Source: an uncultured Pseudobdellovibrionaceae bacterium (lineage in GTDB: Bacteria; Bdellovibrionota; Bdellovibrionia; Bdellovibrionales; JAGQZY01). From it: a stretch of 64,000 nucleotides of DNA. The DNA lies in the NCBI GenBank assembly GCA_964400355.1, contig CAYNTO010000012.1, positions 13,290-77,289 of the forward strand, in the 5' to 3' direction. Of this stretch, positions 1-9,244 are shown piece after piece. How positions within the stretch are numbered: position 1 is the stretch's first letter; the number at the start of each line of letters is the position of its first letter. The notes beneath the pieces are model-generated. The model saw only the letters and a program-made list of their open reading frames with translations, was not told the origin of the DNA and made no database searches. The translations under genes and the position numbers were made by a program.

Positions 1-1891
1 CGCTCACTACCAGATTGCCTTTTTCGCTATCACCGTGAAAATCGAGCACCTTCCAATAGATTTTTTGCTGGGGTCGAAAAATGCTTCTGTCAGTCATTAC
101 TATGATTCGGCGAAGACCGGTTTGCATTTTATCAGAAGACCAACTGCTGCCCATGTATGCTACGTCCTCACCTTTTTCGGCAATTTGGAAATATTCGTAG
201 ATCTTCGGAATTCTCACAAATTGTACCAAGCCAGACGCGTCGCTGGTCTGGGCGCCCCGATTCACAGCTGGAGCACTCCAGCTGTTTTTCTCATTGCGCG
301 CCCAGTTGGAAACAGTGACGCCAGAAATCGGTTGCCCTGTTTCACCAGAAACCGCTCGCAGCTCCACATTCCCTGAATCTAAATTCCACCTCTGCAACAC
401 GATCCCTGTGAGTACAAACGGCACGGCCTGAATTTGATTTCCCGGTTGATCCGCAAAGCTCGCGTGTACCGAACTCATTATCAAATAGGCGCCATGCTTT
501 TTGAGTTGGGGTTTGGCGTATGCGACATGCTCCACGTAATCTTTCGTTGGCGGTAAGTCTTCGATCCAACTGGCAACAGGTTCACCAAAACTCTGCTTGC
601 GCCATTTTTCCAAAATATGGTGTCCCCACAGTTCGCCAGCAGGCGCGGTTTGAACCTCTTTTTTTAGGTCCATAGCGTATGCGCGAAAATGCAAGCGCGG
701 CACATTTTTGTAATTGATCTGCAAAGACTGTTTCGATTCTCCATCGTGACTCATGGAAACCATAGTGAACTGGGGTCTAAGAATTTCACTTTTTTGTGAA
801 ATGCCTTTTCGAGCACCGTAAGATTCAGGATACAGTTTTATCGCCAAATTTATGGCCTCGAGCGCGTGGACAAAGCGATCCTCGTTCTCGGCATCCACCA
901 TTAGCTGTTGCGCCAGTAATGCTTGCCCCGTCGCCCACCACTGGTGTTTTTTAGAACGATCTGCCGTCTGGAGTTCCAATAACGCCTTCATAACGATACG
1001 CCGATCCTGCTTCTGTTCTAAATGCTGAAGTAATTTTTCGTAAAGAGTGTACTGAGCCTCGAGGGCGGCTCCCCAGCGATCGTGCTTTGCATGAAATGCC
1101 TTATGATTCAAAAGAAGCGAGGCCATCCGAACTAGTGGATGATGCTGAGAATCTGTTAAAGACAAAGACGCAGCTCCCTTGAGCATTGCCGATAGCGGAA
1201 GGCCAGACGTTTCGTTAGATTCACGAGCGGTCCAGAATGACGAGTTGGCTAAGTGATTGGCCGCGGAATAAACCACAAAGTCGCGAACAGTTGGCCGCAC
1301 GTCCTGTGGATAGGTGTTCTTTGCGACGTAGTACTTGTAAAAGTCGGGTAACTTTTTCTGAAGAAGATCCTCACTCTGTAGAGCACTACTATAGGCGCGC
1401 AGAATTTCAGAACTGATCTGTGTGGCTGTCCACGTCTTAATGTCTTTGTCCATGGTCGCGGTTTTCTCGCGATTTTGGATTTCCCAACTGTATGCTGTGT
1501 AGTACGCGCCCAACAGATTGCCGTAGTAAATGTCCAACAAAACACTATGGGCCGCGAGATTCGACTTCGTTGTGCTTTTAAAGAAAACAACGGCGGCCTC
1601 CACCTGACCGAGTCCAACCATCAGATCGGTCGCACGAATAAGCGACTCCGTGATGAGCTGGTAATCTTTTTTTCTTTTGGCCTCTGCAAACATCTCCTGT
1701 GCCTTGACCAAGGCCTCCTGGAACTTTTGCTCACTTTTGAGTTTGTCGACTTCCGCAAAGACGGGATTGGATGGAACTGTCTCTGCGGACTCTTGAGAAT
1801 AGCGGGGAACTTTTCCAGTTTTCGAGTGCAGCGGTACTATAATGAGTAGCGCTGTGACAAATACAAAAATAGTAATAAAGGTTTTCTTCAT
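1..1891 (-). CDS. alpha-2-macroglobulin family protein, N-terminal ~630 codons (3' end runs off the left window edge)
   Basis: The ORF is missing from the track because it has no stop in the window. My hand translation of the minus strand from ATG 1891..1889 stays open to position 1. It begins MKKTFITIFVFVTALLIIVPL (signal peptide) and ends ...VMTDRSIFRPQQKIYWKVLDFHGD. That ending resembles the TDRxxYRPG hallmark of MG domains in bacterial alpha-2-macroglobulins. The translation was done by hand and not machine-checked. Confidence 0.55.
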   Translation of the reverse strand, partial: MKKTFITIFVFVTALLIIVPLHSKTGKVPRYSQESAETVPSNPVFAEVDKLKSEQKFQEALVKAQEMFAEAKRKKDYQLITESLIRATDLMVGLGQVEAAVVFFKSTTKSNLAAHSVLLDIYYGNLLGAYYTAYSWEIQNREKTATMDKDIKTWTATQISSEILRAYSSALQSEDLLQKKLPDFYKYYVAKNTYPQDVRPTVRDFVVYSAANHLANSSFWTARESNETSGLPLSAMLKGAASLSLTDSQHHPLVRMASLLLNHKAFHAKHDRWGAALEAQYTLYEKLLQHLEQKQDRRIVMKALLELQTADRSKKHQWWATGQALLAQQLMVDAENEDRFVHALEAINLAIKLYPESYGARKGISQKSEILRPQFTMVSMSHDGESKQSLQINYKNVPRLHFRAYAMDLKKEVQTAPAGELWGHHILEKWRKQSFGEPVASWIEDLPPTKDYVEHVAYAKPQLKKHGAYLIMSSVHASFADQPGNQIQAVPFVLTGIVLQRWNLDSGNVELRAVSGETGQPISGVTVSNWARNEKNSWSAPAVNRGAQTSDASGLVQFVRIPKIYEYFQIAEKGEDVAYMGSSWSSDKMQTGLRRIIVMTDRSIFRPQQKIYWKVLDFHGDSEKGNLVVS

Positions 1892-1968
1892 CACTCAAGT
1901 ATTGAGAACAGACGAAATCTTGTCTACGCAAAAAGCACAGGCCGGTTCGTGCAAATAAAGCTTAACGA

Positions 1969-2904
1969 TCAAAAACGGTGACGTAGCAGCTTTTCTACTT
2001 CTGAGAAGTCGCCGGCGAGAGCCTTCACCGATCTGCCGGGAGAGTAAGCAACCAAAGTGGTGCCCTTAAGGTGCACCGAGGTTCCCTTGGGAAATAACAG
2101 GCCCTGACGATCATGTATGAGAATTCCATTATATCCCAAGCGTGAGGGCACAATGATATCTGTGGACACAATCGCGCGCTCCTTAAAGCGTTGTGCAAGA
2201 TCTTTGAGTGGTTTTTCTAAGGGGCTGGAATTCAAAAAGGCCTGCAGTGGGAGCACTGGGTTTTTTCGGCCCGAGTAGATAAGTATTTCTACTTCAGAAT
2301 TTTGCGGTGGCGCGACTCGAGCCATATATCCGCTCTCATCCTCGAGTTCAGGTAGATGTGTCATGTTTCCGATGCGCACGTATCCACCATTCTGCTCCGT
2401 TGAATCCATGGGGTAATTTTTCACCTTAAAATAACCGCAGAACTCTGTGTAAAAGCCTCGATCCGCCATTTCAGGATCCGTAATAACGTTATCGCTCTGG
2501 TCCTTCGTCGTCGCATCTGTGGATCCGGGTTTGTGGGACCAAAAGCGGTTGTCGTCGCGCCGATACCAGTGGAAATCATAGCCAGGTGCCACCACGAGAG
2601 CAATGAGCGTGTCCTCAGATTTGCTTTTTTGGGAAAACGCGTCTGTCGAGGTAATTCCCAGATCTTTCGTCGCAGCTCTCGTCACTTCCTCACAACTCAC
2701 ATCCTTATACATCGAATCGCTCGCTTCACCCGGTTGAGCAAAGGAGTGTGTAAGCCGGTTGGTGGAGTAATTGTAACAGTTGTTGTTCCACAGATTGCTG
2801 GTGTCGTTGTTCCAAAATTCCAGATCCACTTTAGGAACCGCAATCGTAGGCTTCTCCACACCGTGAGATAAAAGCAAATGGGACAAAAAAAACACAAGGA
2901 ACAC
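1969..2904 (-). CDS. secreted hypothetical protein (possible Cys/His hydrolase)
   Basis: 311-aa ORF with a hydrophobic N-terminus (MFLVFFLSHLLLSHG). WNNNCYNYS followed by YDFHWYRRDDNRFWSHKPG gives a Cys...His arrangement reminiscent of papain-fold hydrolases. I cannot assign a family. Confidence 0.5.
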   Translation of the reverse strand: MFLVFFLSHLLLSHGVEKPTIAVPKVDLEFWNNDTSNLWNNNCYNYSTNRLTHSFAQPGEASDSMYKDVSCEEVTRAATKDLGITSTDAFSQKSKSEDTLIALVVAPGYDFHWYRRDDNRFWSHKPGSTDATTKDQSDNVITDPEMADRGFYTEFCGYFKVKNYPMDSTEQNGGYVRIGNMTHLPELEDESGYMARVAPPQNSEVEILIYSGRKNPVLPLQAFLNSSPLEKPLKDLAQRFKERAIVSTDIIVPSRLGYNGILIHDRQGLLFPKGTSVHLKGTTLVAYSPGRSVKALAGDFSEVEKLLRHRF

Positions 2905-3019
2905 TATAACCCCCGCGAAAATATGTACTAGCCTAGTGCAGATTTTTCGGAGATGCCAACAAGTCTCACTTGGGCGCTAGAGTGTCATGAACTGATTCAG
3001 TGCGCGCCGTGGCTATTAT

Positions 3020-3997
3020 TTAAGCATATATTCTGCGAGCGTCAGGATGGGTGCTTTTCCACAAAAAAGAATCGAAAAAATAATGGCAGAATAACGGTGT
3101 GAGCAATAGTGCTGTGGTGAATGCCTGACCGTTGGAGCTCAGATCAAGCCACTCGTCCTCGACCCAATATTCGGCACTCCCAAAAATAAACGCCGTCAAA
3201 ACAACAACCGCAAGAGGGACGAAACCTTTGTAGAGAGTGGGTTCTATCCGTCGCAACGAGAGATCGGTGAGAGCCAAGTAGCTAAAGCCGTGACTGACAA
3301 CCAACGGAAAAAGAATTTGCGCCGCCGTTTCGCCGTTAATAAATGCACAACCGTAAAATAACGCCGCAAAAAAAACCGATAGCGTTCGGTTAAAGTCACC
3401 GTACCGGTAGAGGCGATAGGCCTCGAAGCCCAGCCAAGAGAATGAAACCACTGTAAAAAACGCGATCGCGACGACGTATACGGAGCTGTTAGGATAAAAA
3501 AACAGTTCATCTGTGGCGTAATACGCCGCCAACTTCGGCGTTTCCCGAAAATGAAATGCCACAAAGGGGACTGCGCACAGACTGTACAAAAAAATATCAG
3601 AAACTTTACTCCATTGCTTGTTGAGCTTTTGATACCATCTGGAGATTCCTAAAAGTTGCCGCACATTGTGAAAGACTGTCGCATACACAACAAAAGCTGC
3701 CAAATATTTCCATTGGAAGTGAACCCATAGATAAAAGACGGCAAAAAATACTATGGGAACGAGCCAATAGACAGAAGTTCGTTGGCGTTCAGAGGGGCGA
3801 AAGTATGTGCGCCAGAGTGTAGCGTAAACATGGCCGGAATCGAGGACTCCCGCGGAAACAAATGAAAACACCAGTAACGCCGCCGACTGTTCGCTGGAAG
3901 GAATCCAATGGCTCAACACGATAGCCAACACGCCTGGGGCGTAGAGCATCAAGATATCGATGTAGAGCTTGCTCCAGATCATAGTTGAATTGTACAT
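3020..3997 (-). CDS. polytopic integral membrane protein (~10 TM), unknown function
   Basis: 325-aa ORF made almost entirely of hydrophobic helices. Loop motifs rich in His/Arg include GHVYATLWRTYF, FHNVRQLLG, VVSHGFSY and CHYFFDSFLWK. The ATG at 3997 lies back-to-back with the divergent ORF at 3998. An alternative ATG is at 3982. Confidence 0.6.
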   Translation of the reverse strand: MYNSTMIWSKLYIDILMLYAPGVLAIVLSHWIPSSEQSAALLVFSFVSAGVLDSGHVYATLWRTYFRPSERQRTSVYWLVPIVFFAVFYLWVHFQWKYLAAFVVYATVFHNVRQLLGISRWYQKLNKQWSKVSDIFLYSLCAVPFVAFHFRETPKLAAYYATDELFFYPNSSVYVVAIAFFTVVSFSWLGFEAYRLYRYGDFNRTLSVFFAALFYGCAFINGETAAQILFPLVVSHGFSYLALTDLSLRRIEPTLYKGFVPLAVVVLTAFIFGSAEYWVEDEWLDLSSNGQAFTTALLLTPLFCHYFFDSFLWKSTHPDARRIYA

Positions 3998-4990
3998 TTG
4001 GGGCTGAAGGAAACAATGGAATTCATGAAGAAAACGAAATGGCTAAATATTCTCAACCCCGCCCCTGCCGCAGACGCAGAGTGGGATCTCGAAAAGTTGC
4101 ACACAGCTTTTGCGGTGAGCTCTTCTGGCCTTTTTGATTACACACTGATTACATTTGGACATAAACGCCTAAACCCCTGGCCGCTTGCTCAGTATGGCAT
4201 GGGCCGCGATTCACGCTTCTCTCCCCTTATTGCGATCAACCCTATATATAATCATCCCGTGGAAACCGCCCAAAAAGTAGCTACGCTATTAGCACTGTAT
4301 TCAAACAGCATAGGCATCAATTTGATTACCGGATCGTTTTTTAATGAAATGCAATCACTCAACGAAAACACCAGTCCGCAGCAAAAACAGACGCGTCTGG
4401 TGGAGTTTTTCAAAATTTTTAGTGCCTTAATCAATGACGGCGAACTCAAAGGCTTTGCAGGCGAGCACTACAACTTTTCAACAGTACGTATTCACAGGCC
4501 GGTTGCAAGAAAGGTGGCTGTTTTTATTTCGGGGCAGTTCGCAAGCACTGTCAGCGACGAAAATGTTTATTTTATCCACAATCTGCGCCCGCAGGACAGC
4601 CTCCCCGCTGCAACTCAAAAGAATTCTGGATTAGGATTGGGAATCTGCACTCGGCCCTCCGCCGAGGAAGCTCAAGCGGCATTGGATGAACATTGGCCCC
4701 AGTCTCGTGAAGGCGAAATAATGTTTAAGCTGAGCATGGCGAACTCACAAACTCCTTGGAACATTTGGCTCAGGGAACACTTGAAAACATCCTTGCCTAA
4801 AGATGCACAGTTTTGCTTACAACCATTGATGAACTTTCGATCCTCCTCGCCCTACTTGGTAGGAAGTTATGAATTCGTGCGAACACAAATTAAAAATTAC
4901 ACTGCAAAAGGTTATGACACCTTCTTGCTCGATTTCCGCCACGAAGACTTTGCCCATCTCGAAAGGTGCCTCAAGGATTTGGGGAGCTAA
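3998..4990 (+). CDS. LLM-class (luciferase-like) flavin-dependent oxidoreductase
   Basis: The pattern NHPVETAQKVATLLALYSNSIGINLITG...RLVEFFKIFSALINDGELKGFAGEHYNF follows the luciferase-like monooxygenase core (hP..Ak..atLd..s.GR..lNlvtG ... f.GeyY). The track start at 3998 is TTG. ATG at 4016, preceded by GAAGGA, is the more likely start. Confidence 0.65.
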   Translation: MGLKETMEFMKKTKWLNILNPAPAADAEWDLEKLHTAFAVSSSGLFDYTLITFGHKRLNPWPLAQYGMGRDSRFSPLIAINPIYNHPVETAQKVATLLALYSNSIGINLITGSFFNEMQSLNENTSPQQKQTRLVEFFKIFSALINDGELKGFAGEHYNFSTVRIHRPVARKVAVFISGQFASTVSDENVYFIHNLRPQDSLPAATQKNSGLGLGICTRPSAEEAQAALDEHWPQSREGEIMFKLSMANSQTPWNIWLREHLKTSLPKDAQFCLQPLMNFRSSSPYLVGSYEFVRTQIKNYTAKGYDTFLLDFRHEDFAHLERCLKDLGS

Positions 4991-6630
4991 CGGTGAAACT
5001 CCCAACGAGTGGAACCTCAAAGATATTGGCGGCGTCTCTCCTATTTGCGTTGTTAGTCGCAACCCTTGCCAACTACTGGCTGGCAAGCTCGCAAAATATT
5101 TTAGTCCATAATACGGAGTGGGCATCTGGTAAGCCCGAGATGCAATATCTTCTCAACGGCAGTGAAACATATACGTTCACTCGTCCAGCGCTTGCTATGA
5201 ATGTGCTGAACCTTCATCCGTGGTTTGGACGCCAAGAGGTGTATAGTAAAAAACAAGGGGTACTGACGCAGTTTTCATTCGAGTTCCGAATCTCCTACAA
5301 TGTCTATATCGATGTGGAACTTTCGCGCTCAGCGGAGGGTGTGCAAGGAGTTCGAATATACAACTCTCCTTTCAAACACTCGTTTCTCTATGTCGCTAAT
5401 CGCGACGGAGCTTTTTTGGAAAAAAGAGATTTGGGCAATATCTCCATTCACCCGTTCTTGGTTTGGAATAGCGTCGCAATTAATTACATTCCGTCCACTT
5501 CAAAACTTGAAGTTCGCGTGAACGAGAATACAGCATTCAATGGGAATTTCTCTCTACGTTCGGGGAGCATTGGCTTTCGCGGAGGTAACTACCGAGCCCA
5601 GATCGACAACGTGAAGGCCTCCTTTGATAATGGCCAACAGATTCGCGACGACTTTAAATTTCAACTGCCGCGCGGAGTCTGGTGGAAACATTTCTTTCTC
5701 GCGCTTGTGAGTGCAGGATTGCTAATAGCACTTTCGGTGGCATTCGGGCGCAGACGAGGCGCCGTACGCTTTCTCGGCTACGTTTTCACACTTATCGCGA
5801 TCGTTTTTTTGTTCGATATTGTCAACTGGTCTCGACGCTCACTTGCGTTTTACGATGATATTCTTTTAGAACTCTCTACTCCGGTCAGTTACGTCGAATT
5901 TTATCGAAAGCGATTTTTTAAACACTGGTACAAGCTGGTCACAGGGCACGACATTCTAACAGATGAACACATTCGCACTATTTTTTATAGTTTGCACCCA
6001 CAAGACAAACCGGTCATTTTCAAGGGACCGTTTATTTGCGATCAGCGGTTCGGCAGCTCGTGCGAAACGGTGGAGCCTTCACGTCCCATCGCTGTACAAA
6101 AACACGCCTGCAGGATCCTCCTGCTGGGTGGATCGCGCGGTGTGGGCACGGGGGCACGTCTGCGCGACGATCCTTACTTTGTCCAGATCTATCAAAAACT
6201 GCTTACCTATCAGCTTAAATGCGATGTGATGCTATACAATTTTACAGACAACAGAACCGATAATTTTCCAGAACAAGTGGCGAGCGGCATCATCGAGCAG
6301 ATTCAACCCCACGTGATTGTACTGGATTACTTATACCGCACTGACGAAGAAGTCGGATACATGTTAAAAGTTAAAAAAATTGCTGAGACTAATACTAAGA
6401 TATTCATTTTGGACAACTATCCCTCGCGTTACTCGCGAATGCTTGCTAAGAATGGCTATAAATCGATTCCCATCTACGAGATTTTAAACGCAGCAGAGAT
6501 GAAGGGTTCCGGTTTCATAAAATGGGATCAGCATCACACCACATCTTACGGTCACAAACTGATTGCAGAAGCTGCTGTGCCTTACATTTTCGAAGCTCTT
6601 CAGCTCCATCCGGATTACATTAAAAAGTAA
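4966..6630 (+). CDS. membrane-anchored two-domain protein: N-terminal beta-rich (ConA/LamG-like?) domain, 2 TM, C-terminal SGNH/GDSL-type (DltD/AlgJ-like) domain
   Basis: TM1 is ILAASLLFALLVATLANYWL. The N-terminal domain carries RSGSIGFRGGNYRAQIDNVKASF, a lectin-fold-like G.igfr..a.iDNv pattern. Two further TMs are HFFLALVSAGLLIALSVAF and FLGYVFTLIAIVFLFDIV. The C-terminal domain has ILLLGGSRGVG (GDS-like block I) and KWDQHHTTSYGHKLIAEA (SGNH block V, DxxH). The likely true start is GTG 4993, with GGGGAG 6 nt upstream, immediately after the upstream stop at 4988..4990. Confidence 0.6.
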   Translation: MPQGFGELTVKLPTSGTSKILAASLLFALLVATLANYWLASSQNILVHNTEWASGKPEMQYLLNGSETYTFTRPALAMNVLNLHPWFGRQEVYSKKQGVLTQFSFEFRISYNVYIDVELSRSAEGVQGVRIYNSPFKHSFLYVANRDGAFLEKRDLGNISIHPFLVWNSVAINYIPSTSKLEVRVNENTAFNGNFSLRSGSIGFRGGNYRAQIDNVKASFDNGQQIRDDFKFQLPRGVWWKHFFLALVSAGLLIALSVAFGRRRGAVRFLGYVFTLIAIVFLFDIVNWSRRSLAFYDDILLELSTPVSYVEFYRKRFFKHWYKLVTGHDILTDEHIRTIFYSLHPQDKPVIFKGPFICDQRFGSSCETVEPSRPIAVQKHACRILLLGGSRGVGTGARLRDDPYFVQIYQKLLTYQLKCDVMLYNFTDNRTDNFPEQVASGIIEQIQPHVIVLDYLYRTDEEVGYMLKVKKIAETNTKIFILDNYPSRYSRMLAKNGYKSIPIYEILNAAEMKGSGFIKWDQHHTTSYGHKLIAEAAVPYIFEALQLHPDYIKK

Positions 6631-7943
6631 AGGAAGGGCGGAAGAAACTCGTCGTCACTCCAAAGTTCTACCGTGAAAATATATGCAATAACGGCTACTG
6701 CCACTATGCCAACCTGAACCGGGAATGGCCAGCGCAAATAAAAATCCAGGTTTTTTTCTTTTTCCTGTTTGTATTCAATGAGAAAATAAAACGTGAGTAG
6801 GACAGCGAGCAAAAGATAAGGGAATGTACCAATTGGCGCGAATGGACTCCACAAAAGGAACCTGTCCGGTGAAAATAATTTGTAGGCGCGGTAGCTGGAT
6901 GTGATTAATCCATTGAACGACAGCACGCAAATTAATAGCACGCCGCCCAGAATAGCTTGTGCGTGTTTAAAAGTGCTGAACTTGGTTTGAATGTAAGAAT
7001 ATAAAACAACCGCCAGCCCGTTGCCAACACCAAAGGCCAACCAGCTCCAGTCGAATCCATGCCACAATCCGATCAGAACAAACGAAACCATAACTATTAA
7101 ATATTTATTCACCTTCCGACCAAACTGGAGCATGAGAGGGAAAGAAACAAAATCGCGAATCCAGTGGCTTACCGAGATATTCCAACGATCCCAGAGGTTC
7201 AGCGGATTGGCCGCAAACAACAGTGATCGAAAATTATAAGATAAGGTCACTCCGAAAACCGCTGCAGCGCCCCTTCCGCAATCGCTGAGCATCGCAAGAT
7301 GAACATAAATCCCGAGTGTCGTGATTAAACCGTATATTACGGCATTGATGGCCGCGTAGTCCGCAAACTCTAGAAGATTGCGGAGCTCTCGGATCCAAAA
7401 GACTAGTAAGAGATATTTAAATAAACCAACAATAAATATGAGCGCTCCACTGATTATTGATTTTACATTGACGGAATTCGTACGTGTGAAGTAATCGGCA
7501 CTCTGCGACTTAAAGACATGGATGGGGCCCGCCATGAGTGCTGGGAAAAAAGTTACGTTATTGTAAAGATCGAGGACGTGTACCACAGGTTTGGCAGATT
7601 GTGACCGAATCTGCAGTAGGAAAAGCGAAAGCAGGCCAAGAATTGCAAAGCTTAACCCATAAAGGGGGATGTGTTGAGTCTCGATGAGCATTCGCAGTAG
7701 CACGAAAGCAAGCACATCAAAAGTTAAGGCAATGTAGAGCTTGCGCGGCAAAGAGGACTTGAGCAGCCAATAGTTGACAACACATATTAAAAAATGAATG
7801 CCGGCCCATTGCCAACTCCAGCTGGCATGCCACAAAATATTCATGGTAAAAAATTTCCATCGGAACCAGCTGGCCGGGAGTAAGTAAAAGGCAAAGGCGC
7901 TCAAGGCTACAAAAAAAATGAATGCGCTGGATTCGTAAGTCAT
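6615..7943 (-). CDS. MBOAT-family membrane-bound O-acyltransferase (DltB/AlgI-like)
   Basis: 442-aa polytopic protein. WDRWNISVSHWIRDFVSFPL matches the AlgI/DltB WrrWhisLs.WlRDY.y.PL block. LIGLWHGFDWSW carries the conserved MBOAT histidine. Its start forms an ATGA overlap with the upstream ligase stop. Confidence 0.85.
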   Translation of the reverse strand: MTYESSAFIFFVALSAFAFYLLPASWFRWKFFTMNILWHASWSWQWAGIHFLICVVNYWLLKSSLPRKLYIALTFDVLAFVLLRMLIETQHIPLYGLSFAILGLLSLFLLQIRSQSAKPVVHVLDLYNNVTFFPALMAGPIHVFKSQSADYFTRTNSVNVKSIISGALIFIVGLFKYLLLVFWIRELRNLLEFADYAAINAVIYGLITTLGIYVHLAMLSDCGRGAAAVFGVTLSYNFRSLLFAANPLNLWDRWNISVSHWIRDFVSFPLMLQFGRKVNKYLIVMVSFVLIGLWHGFDWSWLAFGVGNGLAVVLYSYIQTKFSTFKHAQAILGGVLLICVLSFNGLITSSYRAYKLFSPDRFLLWSPFAPIGTFPYLLLAVLLTFYFLIEYKQEKEKNLDFYLRWPFPVQVGIVAVAVIAYIFTVELWSDDEFLPPFLYFLM

Positions 7944-9244
7944 AGACGCGGTCTCATCTTTTTTAGCCGTTCTGAAAAAATATCCGCGGCGAAAATTCTC
8001 ACTACTGCGGGAATCATGTAGCTGGGCAATTGACTCTCTGAGAAATCTTTAAAGTAAGATCGAAAATTTGTCTCCTCCTCATTCTCATTGAGGACGATAT
8101 CGACACATACTGCGTTTCCAATCAAAGGATGGCGCTGAGAGTAGGCCATGACATCTTTAACAGCTGTGATTCTGGAAATGATATCTTCCAATTCGGTGGG
8201 GAAGAATTTGCGACCTCCTACATTAATAGTTCCGTCCTGGCGACCGATGATACGGAAAAAATCGTGAGGATCTCTGTCGTCCACCACATCTCCCGTGCGG
8301 AACCAACCATCCGCATCGGCGCCGCCCTCGTGATTGAGGTAACCCAACATCATACATGGAGAGCGAACACTTAGCAGCCCACCTTCGATACGAAATGGAT
8401 TGATTTCTCTGTTCAGAGTCAATCTCCAAGGCCGCTCACCGTCTGTAATGGTTTTAAGAATTCCTACCTCCGTCATTCCATAGGTATGCATCAACTCAGC
8501 TCGAGGCAAGCGCTCCTGATAAGCTCGTAAAGTAGATTCGAGCGATGGCTCCGACCCAAAGGCGATTTTGCGGAGCGGCTGCAATTTATGGCTGCATGCT
8601 GCCAGCTCGGGTCTTAATAGGTTCATAAAACTCGGAGTGGTTTGAAAGTAGTCTACCGTTTGCGCGCTGATGACATCTATGATTTCCCTCGGTGAGAGTT
8701 TGTTATCGCAAAGTGCGAGGCGGGCGCGATGTGCATAGGCCTCGAGCAGGGTTTCCAATCCGGCTATGGAATCTAGGGGTGAAAAGGCCAAAGTGGTTTT
8801 ATAATGGGGGCCGATAGTTTTGTACTTTTTGAGGAATTTTTGTAAATCGTGAAGGACAAATTTGTGACGCACGCTCAGGGAGCCCGACGTTTTGACAATG
8901 CAAGGGCTACCGCTGATCGACGACAGATCGGCAATGACATTTGTTCCACGTCCCATATACGTCATCTTCACGTCACCAAATTCGCAGTCCATTCGAGCCG
9001 CCTCGACGACATCGGCCCTATAATGGGGATCATTGTAGCGGATGGCTGAACAGATATGGAAAGGTTGATGCTCTTCCACGAGAGCAATAACCTGTGCGAA
9101 CGTGTCACGAGCGTGTGCCGCGGGAAGAACTTTTAACGTCGTATTTCCGCGCCAAAGTGTCTTGTAGTGATCCACTGATTTTACAAATTCATTGTATGTT
9201 GTTGTGGAACAGTTCGAAATTAAAAACAAATCAGCCGGCATCAC
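7940..9244 (-). CDS. ANL-superfamily adenylate-forming ligase (DltA-like carrier-protein ligase)
   Basis: Adenylation core motifs are present: KTSGSLSVRHK (degenerate A3), YGMTE (A5), GWFRTGDV (A7) and GRQDGTINVGGRKFFPTELE (A8). At 434 aa it is short for the family. The track start is GTG 9244; an ATG lies at 9241. Confidence 0.8.
   Translation of the reverse strand: MMPADLFLISNCSTTTYNEFVKSVDHYKTLWRGNTTLKVLPAAHARDTFAQVIALVEEHQPFHICSAIRYNDPHYRADVVEAARMDCEFGDVKMTYMGRGTNVIADLSSISGSPCIVKTSGSLSVRHKFVLHDLQKFLKKYKTIGPHYKTTLAFSPLDSIAGLETLLEAYAHRARLALCDNKLSPREIIDVISAQTVDYFQTTPSFMNLLRPELAACSHKLQPLRKIAFGSEPSLESTLRAYQERLPRAELMHTYGMTEVGILKTITDGERPWRLTLNREINPFRIEGGLLSVRSPCMMLGYLNHEGGADADGWFRTGDVVDDRDPHDFFRIIGRQDGTINVGGRKFFPTELEDIISRITAVKDVMAYSQRHPLIGNAVCVDIVLNENEEETNFRSYFKDFSESQLPSYMIPAVVRIFAADIFSERLKKMRPRL

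Noticed and set aside
4966-4992. The ATG at 4966 as the start of the SGNH-domain gene, which would overlap the LLM gene by 25 nt.
   Set aside because: In-frame GTG 4993 has a GGGGAG Shine-Dalgarno sequence 6 nt upstream and lies right after the LLM stop. The first 9 codons add nothing to the signal-anchor. The track coordinates are kept in the feature, but 4993 is preferred.
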